Counted from the first letter of the stretch, positions 53,140-62,825 are shown. The stretch is DNA of 64,000 bases from Minisyncoccota bacterium (GCA_041663145.1 JBAZRG010000002.1:94618-158617), one strand, 5' to 3'. Numbers and translations: made by a program. The notes: generated by a model from the letters alone, not told the origin.

Positions 53140-53452
53140 TTTTCAAAGATAGTTGCAAGTCTGGGAAATTGTCTTAGAAGATATGTGAGACGAATTGATT
53201 CGTCTGAGATGATTGAGAATATTTTACCGGATCATGTCGGATATTTTTCAAAATACATAGATGGTTGAGCCTATAACAGAGAACTAGTAGGTTTTTATAT
53301 ACCACGTTACTTAGGTAGATAAGTCAATAAATATATTGACACTTGAGATAAATTGTGTAATATTCCTGTTCAGATCAAGTCTTCAACCTGTTGTTGAAAA
53401 CTTGGACAGAAACTGTACAGTTCACTGAAAAAACAACGAGAGAAAGATATAT

Positions 53453-56041
53453 ATGCCAGCTGAAAATCCGAGGTACCCAGAACGTGATCGGGAACGCAAC
53501 GATCTGATTCTTACACCACGTCAATTTGCGTGGGGAAAGGATCTGACAAAAGGTTACTTAACCGTCTATGTTGGTCCATACAAACTGACTGTATCTGAGA
53601 TGACGGAACAATTAGTTGTTCCGTCTCCTGATGACGGTCAACTTCAATCGGTGAATGATCTGCTTGGTGCAGTCCAACAATACACCGATGTGACTGAGGG
53701 TGAATATGCTGTGCTTACCAACCCAGCTGAGAACGGTTTGCATCCTGAGGCAGAGAAAGCCAATAAGGTAGCCGTTCTCAATATCGGTCGTCAAGTTAAT
53801 CTACCTGGTCCACTCTCATTCTCCTTGTGGCCGTTCCAAACAGTCAAGGTGATCAAAGGACATCAATTACAGATGAACCAGTACGTGATCGTCCGCGTCC
53901 TCAATGAAGATGAGGCGATCAAGAACTGGGACAAGGCCATCGTAAAGCCGCAGACAACCACCGGCTCCGATCCGTCAAAACCGGAAGGTGCTGCTGGTGC
54001 CACGGCTCAGGCCAAAAAATCGGTTCCTCGCCCGGAGAATTTGTCCGTCGGACAGCTTCTCATCATCAAGGGCACCGAGGTCTCGTTCTACATTCCGCCG
54101 ACGGGTCTCGAAGTCGTCGCCGATGAGCGTGAACAATATGTCCGCGAAGCGGTGACACTAGAGCAACTCGAATACTGTGTCCTAGTGGACCAGAGCGGTG
54201 ACAAACGTTTCGAGAAAGGACCAAAGGTGGTTTTTCCGAAACCGAGCGAAACATTCAAGGAAGCCGAAGAGGGCGGTGTCAAGCACCGTAAATTCAGGGC
54301 TATCGAACTGACAAAGATCAGCGGCCTTCATATCAAGGTCACAGCTCCTTACAAGGAAGGCGACAGGGAATACAGAGTCGGGGAGGAACTCTTCATCAAC
54401 GGAGAAGACCAACCCATCTACTTCCCGCGCGCCGAACACGCCATCATCGGTTATGATGGACGTCAGATCCACTACGCTACCGCTGTGCCGAAAGGTGAAG
54501 GACGCTATGTTCTCAACCGGTTCGACGGAAATGTCGCTCTAGTCGCTGGTCCCAAGATGCTTCTGCCCGATCCTCGCACCGAGGTCATTGTCCGGCGCAT
54601 TTTGTCAGAAAAACAGGTAAAACTGTGGTATCCCGACAATGTCGAAGCTATGCGAGTCAACAGAGACCTGGCGGCCCATGCAGTAAAGAAGGGGACTGCC
54701 GACTACCTTGCCGAGCCCATGGAGATGGACGAAGCACTGGTATCATCAAGCTCTGTTACGGAATGCAGGTACGCAGCTTCGGCTCCGGCGCGGTTGGTGG
54801 GAGAAGAGATGGGTCGCAAAACGGCCTACACTCCTCCTCGCACAGTTACGCTGAACACCAAGTACGAAGGTGCTGTCTCCGTTGACGTCTGGACCGGCTA
54901 CGCCGTTCTGGTAGTTGATAGGAGCGGAGAGCGCAAGGTTGTGGAAGGTCCGCAAACGATTCTTCTTGAATTCGACCAGTCCCTCGCCTACATGGCGCTT
55001 TCGACAGGGAAGCCGAAAAACACGGATGTCCTGAAGGAAACTGCCTATCTGCGAGTCCTCAACAACCTAGTTTCGGATATCATTTCGGTCGAAACAGTCG
55101 ACTCGGTCCAAGCCAAAGTGAAAGTGTCCTACAGGGTTAACTTCACCGGCGACAAAGAGAAATGGTTCGATGTCGAGAACTATGTGAAGCTCCTTTGCGA
55201 CCATGCCAGATCAATGATTCGCAACATGGTCAAGAAGGTCGGCATTCAGGAGTTTAACGCCAGGTACATCGACATGATCCGCGATACGATCCTCGGACAA
55301 CCTGAGGGAGCTGACGGTGAGAAAAAGAAACGCCGCGGGTTGTCATTCAGTGAGAACGGCATGGTGGTGTTCGATGTCGAGGTCCTCGGACTCGAAATCG
55401 GGAATAGTCAAATCGCTTCACTCTTGGTCGAGGCACAACACGAAGCTGTGCGCGACACTCTGCAAATTGCTCAGAACCGTCGCGAGCTCGAGATTACAAA
55501 AGAACGCGAGGCCATCAATCGGGAAACCGATGAAGTGACAACAGAAACGGCCTTGAAGAGATCAGGGCTCGAGCAGAAGAAAATCATGGCAGATCTCGAA
55601 GTTGTCATGGCCAGGATGCGATCGCAGACGCTCCAAGCGTCCGAAGAACTGAAAGTTAGACAGGAACAAGAGAAGACGGTCGATACTGTCCATTCTGCAA
55701 GCTTGTGCCGCAAGAAGTTGTCCGCAGAACAGGAGCTTGTGAACAAGAGAGCAGAGATTGCCCTCGAACTCGAAAAGCTCTCGGCAGAAAGCAAAGAACT
55801 GGCAGAGCGGACCAAGTCCGTGACCCCAGAACTGATCGCTGCTCTCCAGGCCTTTGGAGACAAAGCTACGGTTCAGAAGATGGCCGAAGCAATGGCGCCG
55901 ATGGCTCTCCTTGGTGGCAAGAGTGTTGCCGAGATTCTCGGAAACCTCCTCAAGGGTTCTGGTATGGAAGGACTCCTCTCCGGTGTTGCTGGTGGGCTCA
56001 CTGCTCGTATGGCACTGCCAGAGGGAAATGGACGCCAATAG
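53453..56041 (+). CDS. major vault protein (MVP) homologue
   Basis: ~7 MVP-type beta repeats, then LSTGKPK, SPFH-like shoulder (SDIISVETVD...WFDVENYV...FSENGMVVFDVEV) and a long cap helix. Confidence 0.85.
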   Translation: MPAENPRYPERDRERNDLILTPRQFAWGKDLTKGYLTVYVGPYKLTVSEMTEQLVVPSPDDGQLQSVNDLLGAVQQYTDVTEGEYAVLTNPAENGLHPEAEKANKVAVLNIGRQVNLPGPLSFSLWPFQTVKVIKGHQLQMNQYVIVRVLNEDEAIKNWDKAIVKPQTTTGSDPSKPEGAAGATAQAKKSVPRPENLSVGQLLIIKGTEVSFYIPPTGLEVVADEREQYVREAVTLEQLEYCVLVDQSGDKRFEKGPKVVFPKPSETFKEAEEGGVKHRKFRAIELTKISGLHIKVTAPYKEGDREYRVGEELFINGEDQPIYFPRAEHAIIGYDGRQIHYATAVPKGEGRYVLNRFDGNVALVAGPKMLLPDPRTEVIVRRILSEKQVKLWYPDNVEAMRVNRDLAAHAVKKGTADYLAEPMEMDEALVSSSSVTECRYAASAPARLVGEEMGRKTAYTPPRTVTLNTKYEGAVSVDVWTGYAVLVVDRSGERKVVEGPQTILLEFDQSLAYMALSTGKPKNTDVLKETAYLRVLNNLVSDIISVETVDSVQAKVKVSYRVNFTGDKEKWFDVENYVKLLCDHARSMIRNMVKKVGIQEFNARYIDMIRDTILGQPEGADGEKKKRRGLSFSENGMVVFDVEVLGLEIGNSQIASLLVEAQHEAVRDTLQIAQNRRELEITKEREAINRETDEVTTETALKRSGLEQKKIMADLEVVMARMRSQTLQASEELKVRQEQEKTVDTVHSASLCRKKLSAEQELVNKRAEIALELEKLSAESKELAERTKSVTPELIAALQAFGDKATVQKMAEAMAPMALLGGKSVAEILGNLLKGSGMEGLLSGVAGGLTARMALPEGNGRQ

Positions 56042-56072
56042 CACTAACTCTCGAAGTTGTTAATTGATTCAT

Positions 56073-56107
56073 CTCGCACTAGGATTTAATCCCGGTGCGA
56101 GTTTTTT
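56073..56107 (+). terminator. intrinsic terminator after the MVP-like gene
   Basis: ctcgcactagga...tcccggtgcgag followed by T6. Confidence 0.75.
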
Positions 56108-56186
56108 GTTCAAATAACCATGTACAAGTTTGCTATAGTATGTTATGATAGTAAGTAGAAGAAAAATAAACAAAAGGACATAACGC

Positions 56187-57065
56187 ATGAGAGATGATGA
56201 TACGATATTCGGTCATATTAATGGCCATGCAGTCGGAATAATCATGAAGGAGCTGGTTCGACGAGCCATCGTCGAAATCAGGAACCAAAAACAATCCTTC
56301 GAGGTACATTCCAAAGAGGGATACAGCGGTAAAATGGATGATGTGCTTACGTCAGCCGACAAGGCTGCACAAAGAGTATATCTGCGTTCAATACGCGAAT
56401 GCTTTCCCACTTGGGGAGTAATCGCAGAAGAAGACTCTCTTGTCGTGCCTTGCACAAACGGATCGATCCTATTCTTTACAGTCGATCCGTTGGACGGTAC
56501 AAAGGCCTTCGTTAGACGCCAATCACACGGGGTCGGCACCATGATATCACTCTCACAGGAGGGGCATTTCTGGGGCGCATATGTAGGAGATGTGAACACT
56601 CAAGAGATTTACGGCTTCCGGCCGGGATCTCAAAAAGTGCATCGAATATCCGAATTCAATGCGAACGAAACCCTAATCGTTGAGAAGCAACCCTTGAAGA
56701 AACAATATGTGATGCTTCGCGATCCGGAGCAAGCTTACTCACCTTTGTCGCGGGAGCTTATCGCTACCGCCTTCAAAAATCAGACCGTTGATGGTGGAAG
56801 TATCGGCACCTGGCTGGCACGGCTATGGAAAGGGGAGGTTGGAGCAGCTTTGGTCACACCTTCAATGGAAACGCCTTGGGATTCAAATCCGGTCAACGCG
56901 ATTTCCCAGATGCTTGGATTCATCTTTCTCAAACCGTCCGACGATGGAAAGAAGTGGCAACAGTTCACTCCCAAACCAATAACGGTAAAAGCTAGACGGG
57001 ACCACGACTTGCTCATCCTTCATCAGAATAACTATCATGAAATTGCTGGAGTGTTGCAGGAATAA
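56187..57065 (+). CDS. inositol monophosphatase / CysQ family phosphatase
   Basis: TSADKAAQ, IAEEDS, VDPLDGTKAF, PWD. Confidence 0.85.
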   Translation: MRDDDTIFGHINGHAVGIIMKELVRRAIVEIRNQKQSFEVHSKEGYSGKMDDVLTSADKAAQRVYLRSIRECFPTWGVIAEEDSLVVPCTNGSILFFTVDPLDGTKAFVRRQSHGVGTMISLSQEGHFWGAYVGDVNTQEIYGFRPGSQKVHRISEFNANETLIVEKQPLKKQYVMLRDPEQAYSPLSRELIATAFKNQTVDGGSIGTWLARLWKGEVGAALVTPSMETPWDSNPVNAISQMLGFIFLKPSDDGKKWQQFTPKPITVKARRDHDLLILHQNNYHEIAGVLQE

Positions 57066-57083
57066 AAGCAACACTTAATCACA

Positions 57084-57116
57084 CTCAGCCGATTGGAAAC
57101 AGTCGGCGAGTTTTTT
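57084..57116 (+). terminator. intrinsic terminator
   Basis: ctc(a)gccgattg-gaaa-cagtcggcgag followed by T6. Confidence 0.7.
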
Positions 57117-57235
57117 GTAAGTTGAGAAATTTAGTCACAAGAAAAGGTGGAAAGGTTATGATACTGTTATCTGTGGACTTCTCTATGGTATTCTTGTGAC
57201 ATGGATTTAGCCACTTTCAGAAAGGAATATATTAG

Positions 57236-57436
57236 TACGACACACTCATATTGTTCTCCGGTGATGCGGATTTCGTAAGCCTCATAAATTATCTCAAAAA
57301 GAAGGGTAAAAAGGTCGTCCTATTCAAGGGTGGTTATATAACGTCTTCACTGAGGAATGCGGCTGATAGGGTGGTAAATGCTCAAAGCATAAAGAAGTAC
57401 ATCGCCGAGATGGTGAAAAGCAAAAACCTGGCTTAA
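57236..57436 (+). pseudogene. 3' remnant of an NYN domain gene
   Basis: YDTLILFSGDADFVSLINYLKKKGKKV...SSLRNAAD; the 5' part is missing (in-frame stop just upstream). Confidence 0.7.
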
Positions 57437-57480
57437 CGGCCAGGTTTTGCGAATCGATAACCCGTATCCACGGGCAGGTA
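57421..57480 (-). ncRNA. putative small RNA convergent with the NYN remnant
   Basis: Minus-strand TTGATC-N17-TATGCT promoter, CCCGTGGATACGGG hairpin, terminator AAAACCTGGC..GCCAGGTTTTT. Confidence 0.45.
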
Positions 57481-57746
57481 ACATAAGCATAGCAGGTCCT
57501 CGGATCCTGATCAACTGACGATGCAAAATGGGTGGATAACCATCTTTTTGGCTACCGGTCTTTATCCAGAATATTAATCTAATTAAATGATGTTTAAAGT
57601 GAGTCATATCTGGCTAATTATTATCAAATACGCACGGCTCGACAGGTTCCGGAAGCGCATTCTATCTTCTTGGCCTCATGCGATTCATTATTTCTGTCTT
57701 TGAGTCCTTAGACATGGAACTGTACCACGTGCTATTATTTTTTAAT

Positions 57747-58208
57747 ATGAAATGGAAACATCCGCCGATTATAAAGATATATGAAGCACTTGGTTCGGTT
57801 GCTGATGGACGTGTCGAAGTAGATGGTAATACGGCCAAGATATATTCATCCAGTCGTAATAAATATTATGATGTGTTATACGATCCTAACAATGGATCTA
57901 TCATGACTAATGATAACGGATCATATTGGAAAGGTTATCTAGGGTATCCAGCTATAGCATTTTTGATGAAAATCGGATCATTATCTTATGATCCGGATCT
58001 GGCTGAACTTCTTAAGGGGATTGCTTGGAAGGATATAAATCAAAAATTCAAAAATGATTTTGATAAGACATTGGAATACATACTTTCGGACAAGACTGAT
58101 GATAATAGAAAACGACTTGAAGATTACGCTCGAAAAGTTGATAAGGAGATTTCAGATTTGAATTTGAATATGCTTGGTAAAAAGGTTTTACCGCCGGATG
58201 GTTATTAA
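57747..58208 (+). CDS. hypothetical protein, copy 2
   Basis: Paralogue of 52678..53139 with two amino-acid differences. Confidence 0.8.
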   Translation: MKWKHPPIIKIYEALGSVADGRVEVDGNTAKIYSSSRNKYYDVLYDPNNGSIMTNDNGSYWKGYLGYPAIAFLMKIGSLSYDPDLAELLKGIAWKDINQKFKNDFDKTLEYILSDKTDDNRKRLEDYARKVDKEISDLNLNMLGKKVLPPDGY

Positions 58209-58301
58209 TTTCTTATATTTTTGAACGAATAATTTAATGAAAATCACTCCAGAACCGTAATTATGGAGTGAGTGTGATGAATGCTATACTTGTGAATCTT
58301 T

Positions 58302-58454
58302 TTAGATCTGGACGCCGGCCATCTCATTGAAGATAAAGCCAACACCGAGACAGATCATCCCTATTGGTATGTAGGGTATGATGTTTCCGGTCAAGATACT
58401 GACGATACCCAAGATAACTCCAGTTACCGCTAGTAGGAGTGCTAATATTTTCAT
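58302..58454 (-). CDS. small two-TM membrane protein
   Basis: MKILALLLAVTGVILGIVSIL...IGMICLGVGFIF. Confidence 0.45.
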   Translation of the reverse strand: MKILALLLAVTGVILGIVSILTGNIIPYIPIGMICLGVGFIFNEMAGVQI

Positions 58455-58464
58455 ACTATCATTT

Positions 58465-59277
58465 TTATGGTGATTGTTTATCCGTGACCTGAAGCTCAAT
58501 CTCGTCAGGGTTCTGTATGATCTCAATCCAGGCTTTGGTGCTGGAGAGTGGAATAAAATTTCCCCAATATTTCATTGTGTAATTTTTCCCTTTAGGCTGA
58601 ACCCAAAGACCAGGGCAGAATGGTAAGAACCCTTTATTTGCGAGCCACTTTTCTGCCTCTTCATGTGGAAATGGTCCGATAACATTCTGGCATTTACTGA
58701 TAGGATGATCCTCTACGAGCCTAATCACGCATGGTACGTATTTTAACCGCTCATCGATCGTCACCTGTGGTCCGAGCCGTTTGTAGATCAAGGTGAAATC
58801 TTTATTTGTTATGTATACTCCCTCGATCCCACGTTTTTCTCTCAAAGATATCCGAGAGATCGAGTCAATAGCCTCGAGCCACCACGGCCAGTTCCACCCG
58901 ACTACGATGAGCTTCTCTCCCGTACGTTTCTTTTTCCATGCCTTGAAGAGAAAGTTGTCATCGAGCACTGTCCAGGTGTAATCAGCACCGTAGAATGCTC
59001 TGACCGCTATTCCAACCGTGGTATCGGGAACGGGCTCAGCATTCAAATTGCAGTATTCCCAGATAAAATCAGGGAATCGTATTCGCAAGTGCCTGAGGGG
59101 ACTATTGTCCCACTGGAAGTTCATGAAGATGAACTGATGAATGCGTAGCAACAACTCTTCGAAGTTTATTTCGCCACGGCTATGTTTGATATTGGCTCTT
59201 TGAACCAATGCTTGTCTTTCCGCTTTTTGGACTTCAGGATCGAAGCCGAAGAATGATTTTATTCGTTTTGTTTTCAT
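58465..59277 (-). CDS. hypothetical protein
   Basis: ~270-aa ORF, Trp-rich, no motif recognised. Confidence 0.6.
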   Translation of the reverse strand: MKTKRIKSFFGFDPEVQKAERQALVQRANIKHSRGEINFEELLLRIHQFIFMNFQWDNSPLRHLRIRFPDFIWEYCNLNAEPVPDTTVGIAVRAFYGADYTWTVLDDNFLFKAWKKKRTGEKLIVVGWNWPWWLEAIDSISRISLREKRGIEGVYITNKDFTLIYKRLGPQVTIDERLKYVPCVIRLVEDHPISKCQNVIGPFPHEEAEKWLANKGFLPFCPGLWVQPKGKNYTMKYWGNFIPLSSTKAWIEIIQNPDEIELQVTDKQSP

Positions 59278-59520
59278 GTGGATTGCCCACAGTCCCACGG
59301 ACTAGTTCACGCTTAGTAAGATACTTGTGAAGCTCTGGTGACGAGCTTATGTTAAAGAACACTACCTATTATTGTTACCATACAATCTTTACTTTGTAAA
59401 GGTTTTATGCTAAGGTGCATTTAGCTAAGTTCTTTTCCATAAAGGAAGCGTGAAAAACGCATGTCTACACATGCACGCTTGCTGATCTCAGAGATTGGCA
59501 GAGAATGAGGCATCTGTGTT

Positions 59521-59925
59521 ATGAAATACAAACTCATGGTGGATTACCACTTACGGTTCCATCGAAGGGATATGTACGAATACTGCCATATCCATTTTAC
59601 TGGAATGTTCTCGAGCAATGCTTTGCCAAGGAAAGGTGAGTTAATCATCATTCCAATTTCAATCAGTGATCCGTGGCACTTCGTTGCGGTAACTGGCATC
59701 GTTCACTCTGGCACAAAGGGCGTTTTGTACCATCATGTGGAATGCCAAATCGAGGAAAGCATGGATAATCATAATCCCACTCGAGCCTTGGCTGATGATG
59801 TTAAAAAGAGAATTCTCGAGAAGATAATTCCCGAGGCTGCCAAGTTCGGTCTTACGACCAAGAACCCGCAATTCCGTGAACCGTTTGATGAAAAGGATTA
59901 TTATGACAAAGTGCATAGCAGTTGA
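59521..59925 (+). CDS. hypothetical protein
   Basis: 134-aa ORF, first of a three-gene unit. Confidence 0.55.
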   Translation: MKYKLMVDYHLRFHRRDMYEYCHIHFTGMFSSNALPRKGELIIIPISISDPWHFVAVTGIVHSGTKGVLYHHVECQIEESMDNHNPTRALADDVKKRILEKIIPEAAKFGLTTKNPQFREPFDEKDYYDKVHSS

Positions 59926-60523
59926 CCTGCAGTACGACTTCACTCGGCCGGAAGGTAAGCACTTCAAGCTGAGCCGGACATGCCTTGAAGCGATCAAATT
60001 GCACATTATTCCCATTCTTCTGCACGCAGAGGTGAAAATCGGGGAGATTATCTCCGACTACCGCCAACCTCGGCCGGGGGATTTGGATGACTCGTGTAAT
60101 CCGGGAACCTGGGGTTACTCTTCGGAGATTCCAGAAGTGCTCGTGGGACATCGGTGGGTAAAATGCATGAATTCGCCATTCTTTACCCGTGAGGACATCG
60201 GCGTTGCTGATGCAAAGCCGGGCCTGCCGTTCGCGGACCCGAAACGCTTCTACGATTGGCTCGAATCATTCGCGAGTGTGGATGACACGGTCGTACTCTT
60301 TGGGCTGACACTTGATTGCTGTGTACTTTGCACGGCGCAAGCTATCAGATTCAAGGGCTACGATGTCCGAATTCTGCTCGATGCCACGGATACCTACGAT
60401 GGTGGCGAGGAGTCTCGACTCCAAACAATGGATCTCGTTGTTAGTAACTGGGCGAAACCGATGACAATCGAAGAGTTTCGTTTGGCTAACTTCGGAAACT
60501 CAAATGTGCAACAGCACGAATAG
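59903..60523 (+). CDS. isochorismatase-like cysteine hydrolase
   Basis: IAVDLQYDF, WVK, LFGLTLDCCVLCTA, GYDVRILLDAT. Confidence 0.8.
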   Translation: MTKCIAVDLQYDFTRPEGKHFKLSRTCLEAIKLHIIPILLHAEVKIGEIISDYRQPRPGDLDDSCNPGTWGYSSEIPEVLVGHRWVKCMNSPFFTREDIGVADAKPGLPFADPKRFYDWLESFASVDDTVVLFGLTLDCCVLCTAQAIRFKGYDVRILLDATDTYDGGEESRLQTMDLVVSNWAKPMTIEEFRLANFGNSNVQQHE

Positions 60524-60536
60524 AAAGGACTGATCA

Positions 60537-60845
60537 ATGAACATTGAATTACACGGTTTCCTGCCAGAGCATGCCAAAGATATCGGCGTGGCAGTCTGGA
60601 GCAAGTTGCTGAGCAATCTACCAAAGGAGGAATTTGTGGATTGTGCCGTAACGATTGTGGATGATCGTGCGTACGATCACAACCACCGAAACGCACCCTT
60701 CTTCAGGGTTTTCTCCGACAAGAAGGCAGACTTCAAGCTCGTGGCGGAACTCCTTAAGCTGATTTGGATGCCTGGTGCCGGGATGAAGACATTCGTCGAG
60801 TGTATTCTCTTGAACGATTGTATCGAATTGGACTCTGGTACCTGA
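60537..60845 (+). CDS. hypothetical protein
   Basis: 102 aa with AAAGGA upstream and a terminator hairpin at ~60857-60887. Confidence 0.6.
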   Translation: MNIELHGFLPEHAKDIGVAVWSKLLSNLPKEEFVDCAVTIVDDRAYDHNHRNAPFFRVFSDKKADFKLVAELLKLIWMPGAGMKTFVECILLNDCIELDSGT

Positions 60846-60970
60846 GATGATTCATAACTGCACGGAAGAAATTCTGTGCAGTTTTTTCTTATCTTGAGTT
60901 CAAACTCCGTTCAACACCACCCGCCCAGCCTATTTTCAATTGATAATTTTATTGTACAATTAGTTACGTT

Positions 60971-62023
60971 ATGGATAATAAAGTAAAAACAGTTTTGCCG
61001 TCGTCCAGTCTTTTGATTGCGCGAGTTATCGCCGAACACAGAGGATTGTATGAAGTCAAAACTGAAAATGGTGAATATCTGGCAAAGATAACTGGCAAAC
61101 AAATGTTTGAGGCCTCATCGAGGGAAGACTATCCCGCGGTGGGAGATTGGGTGGCGATAACCGACTTGGACGGAGAACATGCCACGATTCAGAGCATATT
61201 ACCTAGAAAGACTTTGATAAAAAGGAGTCATGGTGATAAGAGTAGATCTAGAGAAAACAAAGAGACGCAGATCATCGCGGCAAATGTTGATGTAGCATTT
61301 ATCGTTGAATCCATCGATAGGGATTTTAACTTAAATCGTTTTGAAAGATATTTTGTCATAGCTAACGACGGAGGCGTAAAACCTGTCATTGTTTTGAATA
61401 AAACAGATCTGATCTCGAAAGAAGAGCTTGATTCAAAGTTGATGGAAATTAAAAACAGATTTAGGGATATCGAAGTTATTGAAGCTAACACCGTGGTGGA
61501 TGGTGGCCTGCAAAAATTGAAAAATAATATCGAAAAAGGAAAGACTTACTGTTTTCTCGGTTCCTCTGGAGTAGGGAAATCTTCTTTGATAAACAAATTG
61601 CTCGGAAAAGACGCGATCAAAACCAGAAACATCGGCATTGGGACTGGTAGAGGCAAGCACACCACGACCGGCAGAGAGATGTATTTTTTGGATAATGGTG
61701 GAATTGTTATCGATAATCCGGGCATGAGAGAAGTTGGGATCACTAAAATCGATAATGGCATAGACGATGTCTTTGACGAGATAACTTTTTTGGCGGAAGG
61801 ATGTAAATTTATCGATTGCACTCATATTCATGAGCCTGGCTGTGAAGTTTTGACGGCATTGAATTCTGGTAAACTTGATGCGGAAAAATATTCGAATTAT
61901 ATTAATTTGAAAAAGGAAGCTATGCATTATGAATCGACCGAACTAGAGAAGAAAGAAAAAGATCGTCAATTCGGCAAATTCATAAAGACCGCGAAAAGAC
62001 AGTTGAAAGAACGGAAGGGTTAG
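60971..62023 (+). CDS. rsgA: ribosome small subunit-dependent GTPase A
   Basis: AVGDWV, QIIAANVD, NKTDL, GSSGVGKSSLIN, GRGKHTTT, DNPGMRE, CKFIDCTHIHEPGC. Confidence 0.93.
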   Translation: MDNKVKTVLPSSSLLIARVIAEHRGLYEVKTENGEYLAKITGKQMFEASSREDYPAVGDWVAITDLDGEHATIQSILPRKTLIKRSHGDKSRSRENKETQIIAANVDVAFIVESIDRDFNLNRFERYFVIANDGGVKPVIVLNKTDLISKEELDSKLMEIKNRFRDIEVIEANTVVDGGLQKLKNNIEKGKTYCFLGSSGVGKSSLINKLLGKDAIKTRNIGIGTGRGKHTTTGREMYFLDNGGIVIDNPGMREVGITKIDNGIDDVFDEITFLAEGCKFIDCTHIHEPGCEVLTALNSGKLDAEKYSNYINLKKEAMHYESTELEKKEKDRQFGKFIKTAKRQLKERKG

Positions 62024-62159
62024 ATGTTGATTATAAATTAGTATATTCTTGATATGGAATATTCACAGAGCCATCTCTGTTGATTTTAATATTATTCGCT
62101 TGCAAAATAATTTCTTTAGAGTAGATTCTTGTACAGAGTTTAAAAAGAAAGGATTGATA

Positions 62160-62654
62160 ATGAGCGACAAAGATTTAGGCTTTAACTTAAAGCCTGGTAT
62201 CAATTACTGCACTGCTAAAATCCTTGGTTTCCGAGGAATTGGAGGCGATTCTGGATGTGCGAGACTTATTCCTATGAGTGATCATCCCGAAATTGCGAAT
62301 CAGGAAGAAATGTCTCTTTTCTTCGGGGTTGATATACTCGCATCCTTGTTACCATACATTCCAGATATGGGACCTGAAAGTGAGTTCTCGAAAAAGGGTG
62401 ACTGGCATTATTATGATATCGAAAACGGAATCGTGATCGATCACCTCACAGAAAATCGTGCCGGTTTTCTTCGGGAAAGAGTCCTTGTGGCATTTACGTT
62501 TACCGGTGAATATGCACCTCGTGTGTTTGTTGATCGTAGGTCAGAGTTATCGAGCGCATCCAAGCTGAATGACGATGAATTGAGAGAAGTCGCATCTCTC
62601 TTGGATAGTAAAGGTTTCGCTGTGTTAAATAATCCCACAGCTGCGATTCATTGA
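62160..62654 (+). CDS. hypothetical protein
   Basis: ~164-aa ORF with AAAGGA upstream. Confidence 0.55.
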   Translation: MSDKDLGFNLKPGINYCTAKILGFRGIGGDSGCARLIPMSDHPEIANQEEMSLFFGVDILASLLPYIPDMGPESEFSKKGDWHYYDIENGIVIDHLTENRAGFLRERVLVAFTFTGEYAPRVFVDRRSELSSASKLNDDELREVASLLDSKGFAVLNNPTAAIH

Positions 62655-62825
62655 GACCATCTTGGCTTGTCAGGGTAATTCCTGGCAAGCCTTTTTACAG
62701 GAGATTTTCAAAGACGATACCTATTTTGTGTAGAAAGTCTTAATGAGGATTAGATTTCCTCATAAATAAATTCCCCTCACCAAAGAGATGGTGAGGGGGT
62801 GTTATTGGATAACTTCCAATATAGA

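Noticed and set aside
53140-53452. Vault-RNA-like ncRNA upstream of the MVP-like gene
   Set aside because: Only a promoter and a weak hairpin (ttcaac..gttgaa) are visible; no support for a discrete RNA
52678-58208. Diversity-generating retroelement TR/VR pair (also considered for the pilin pair and zinc-ribbon repeats)
   Set aside because: Differences include C/T changes, run in both directions and are mostly synonymous; the pilins are identical; no reverse transcriptase is in the window
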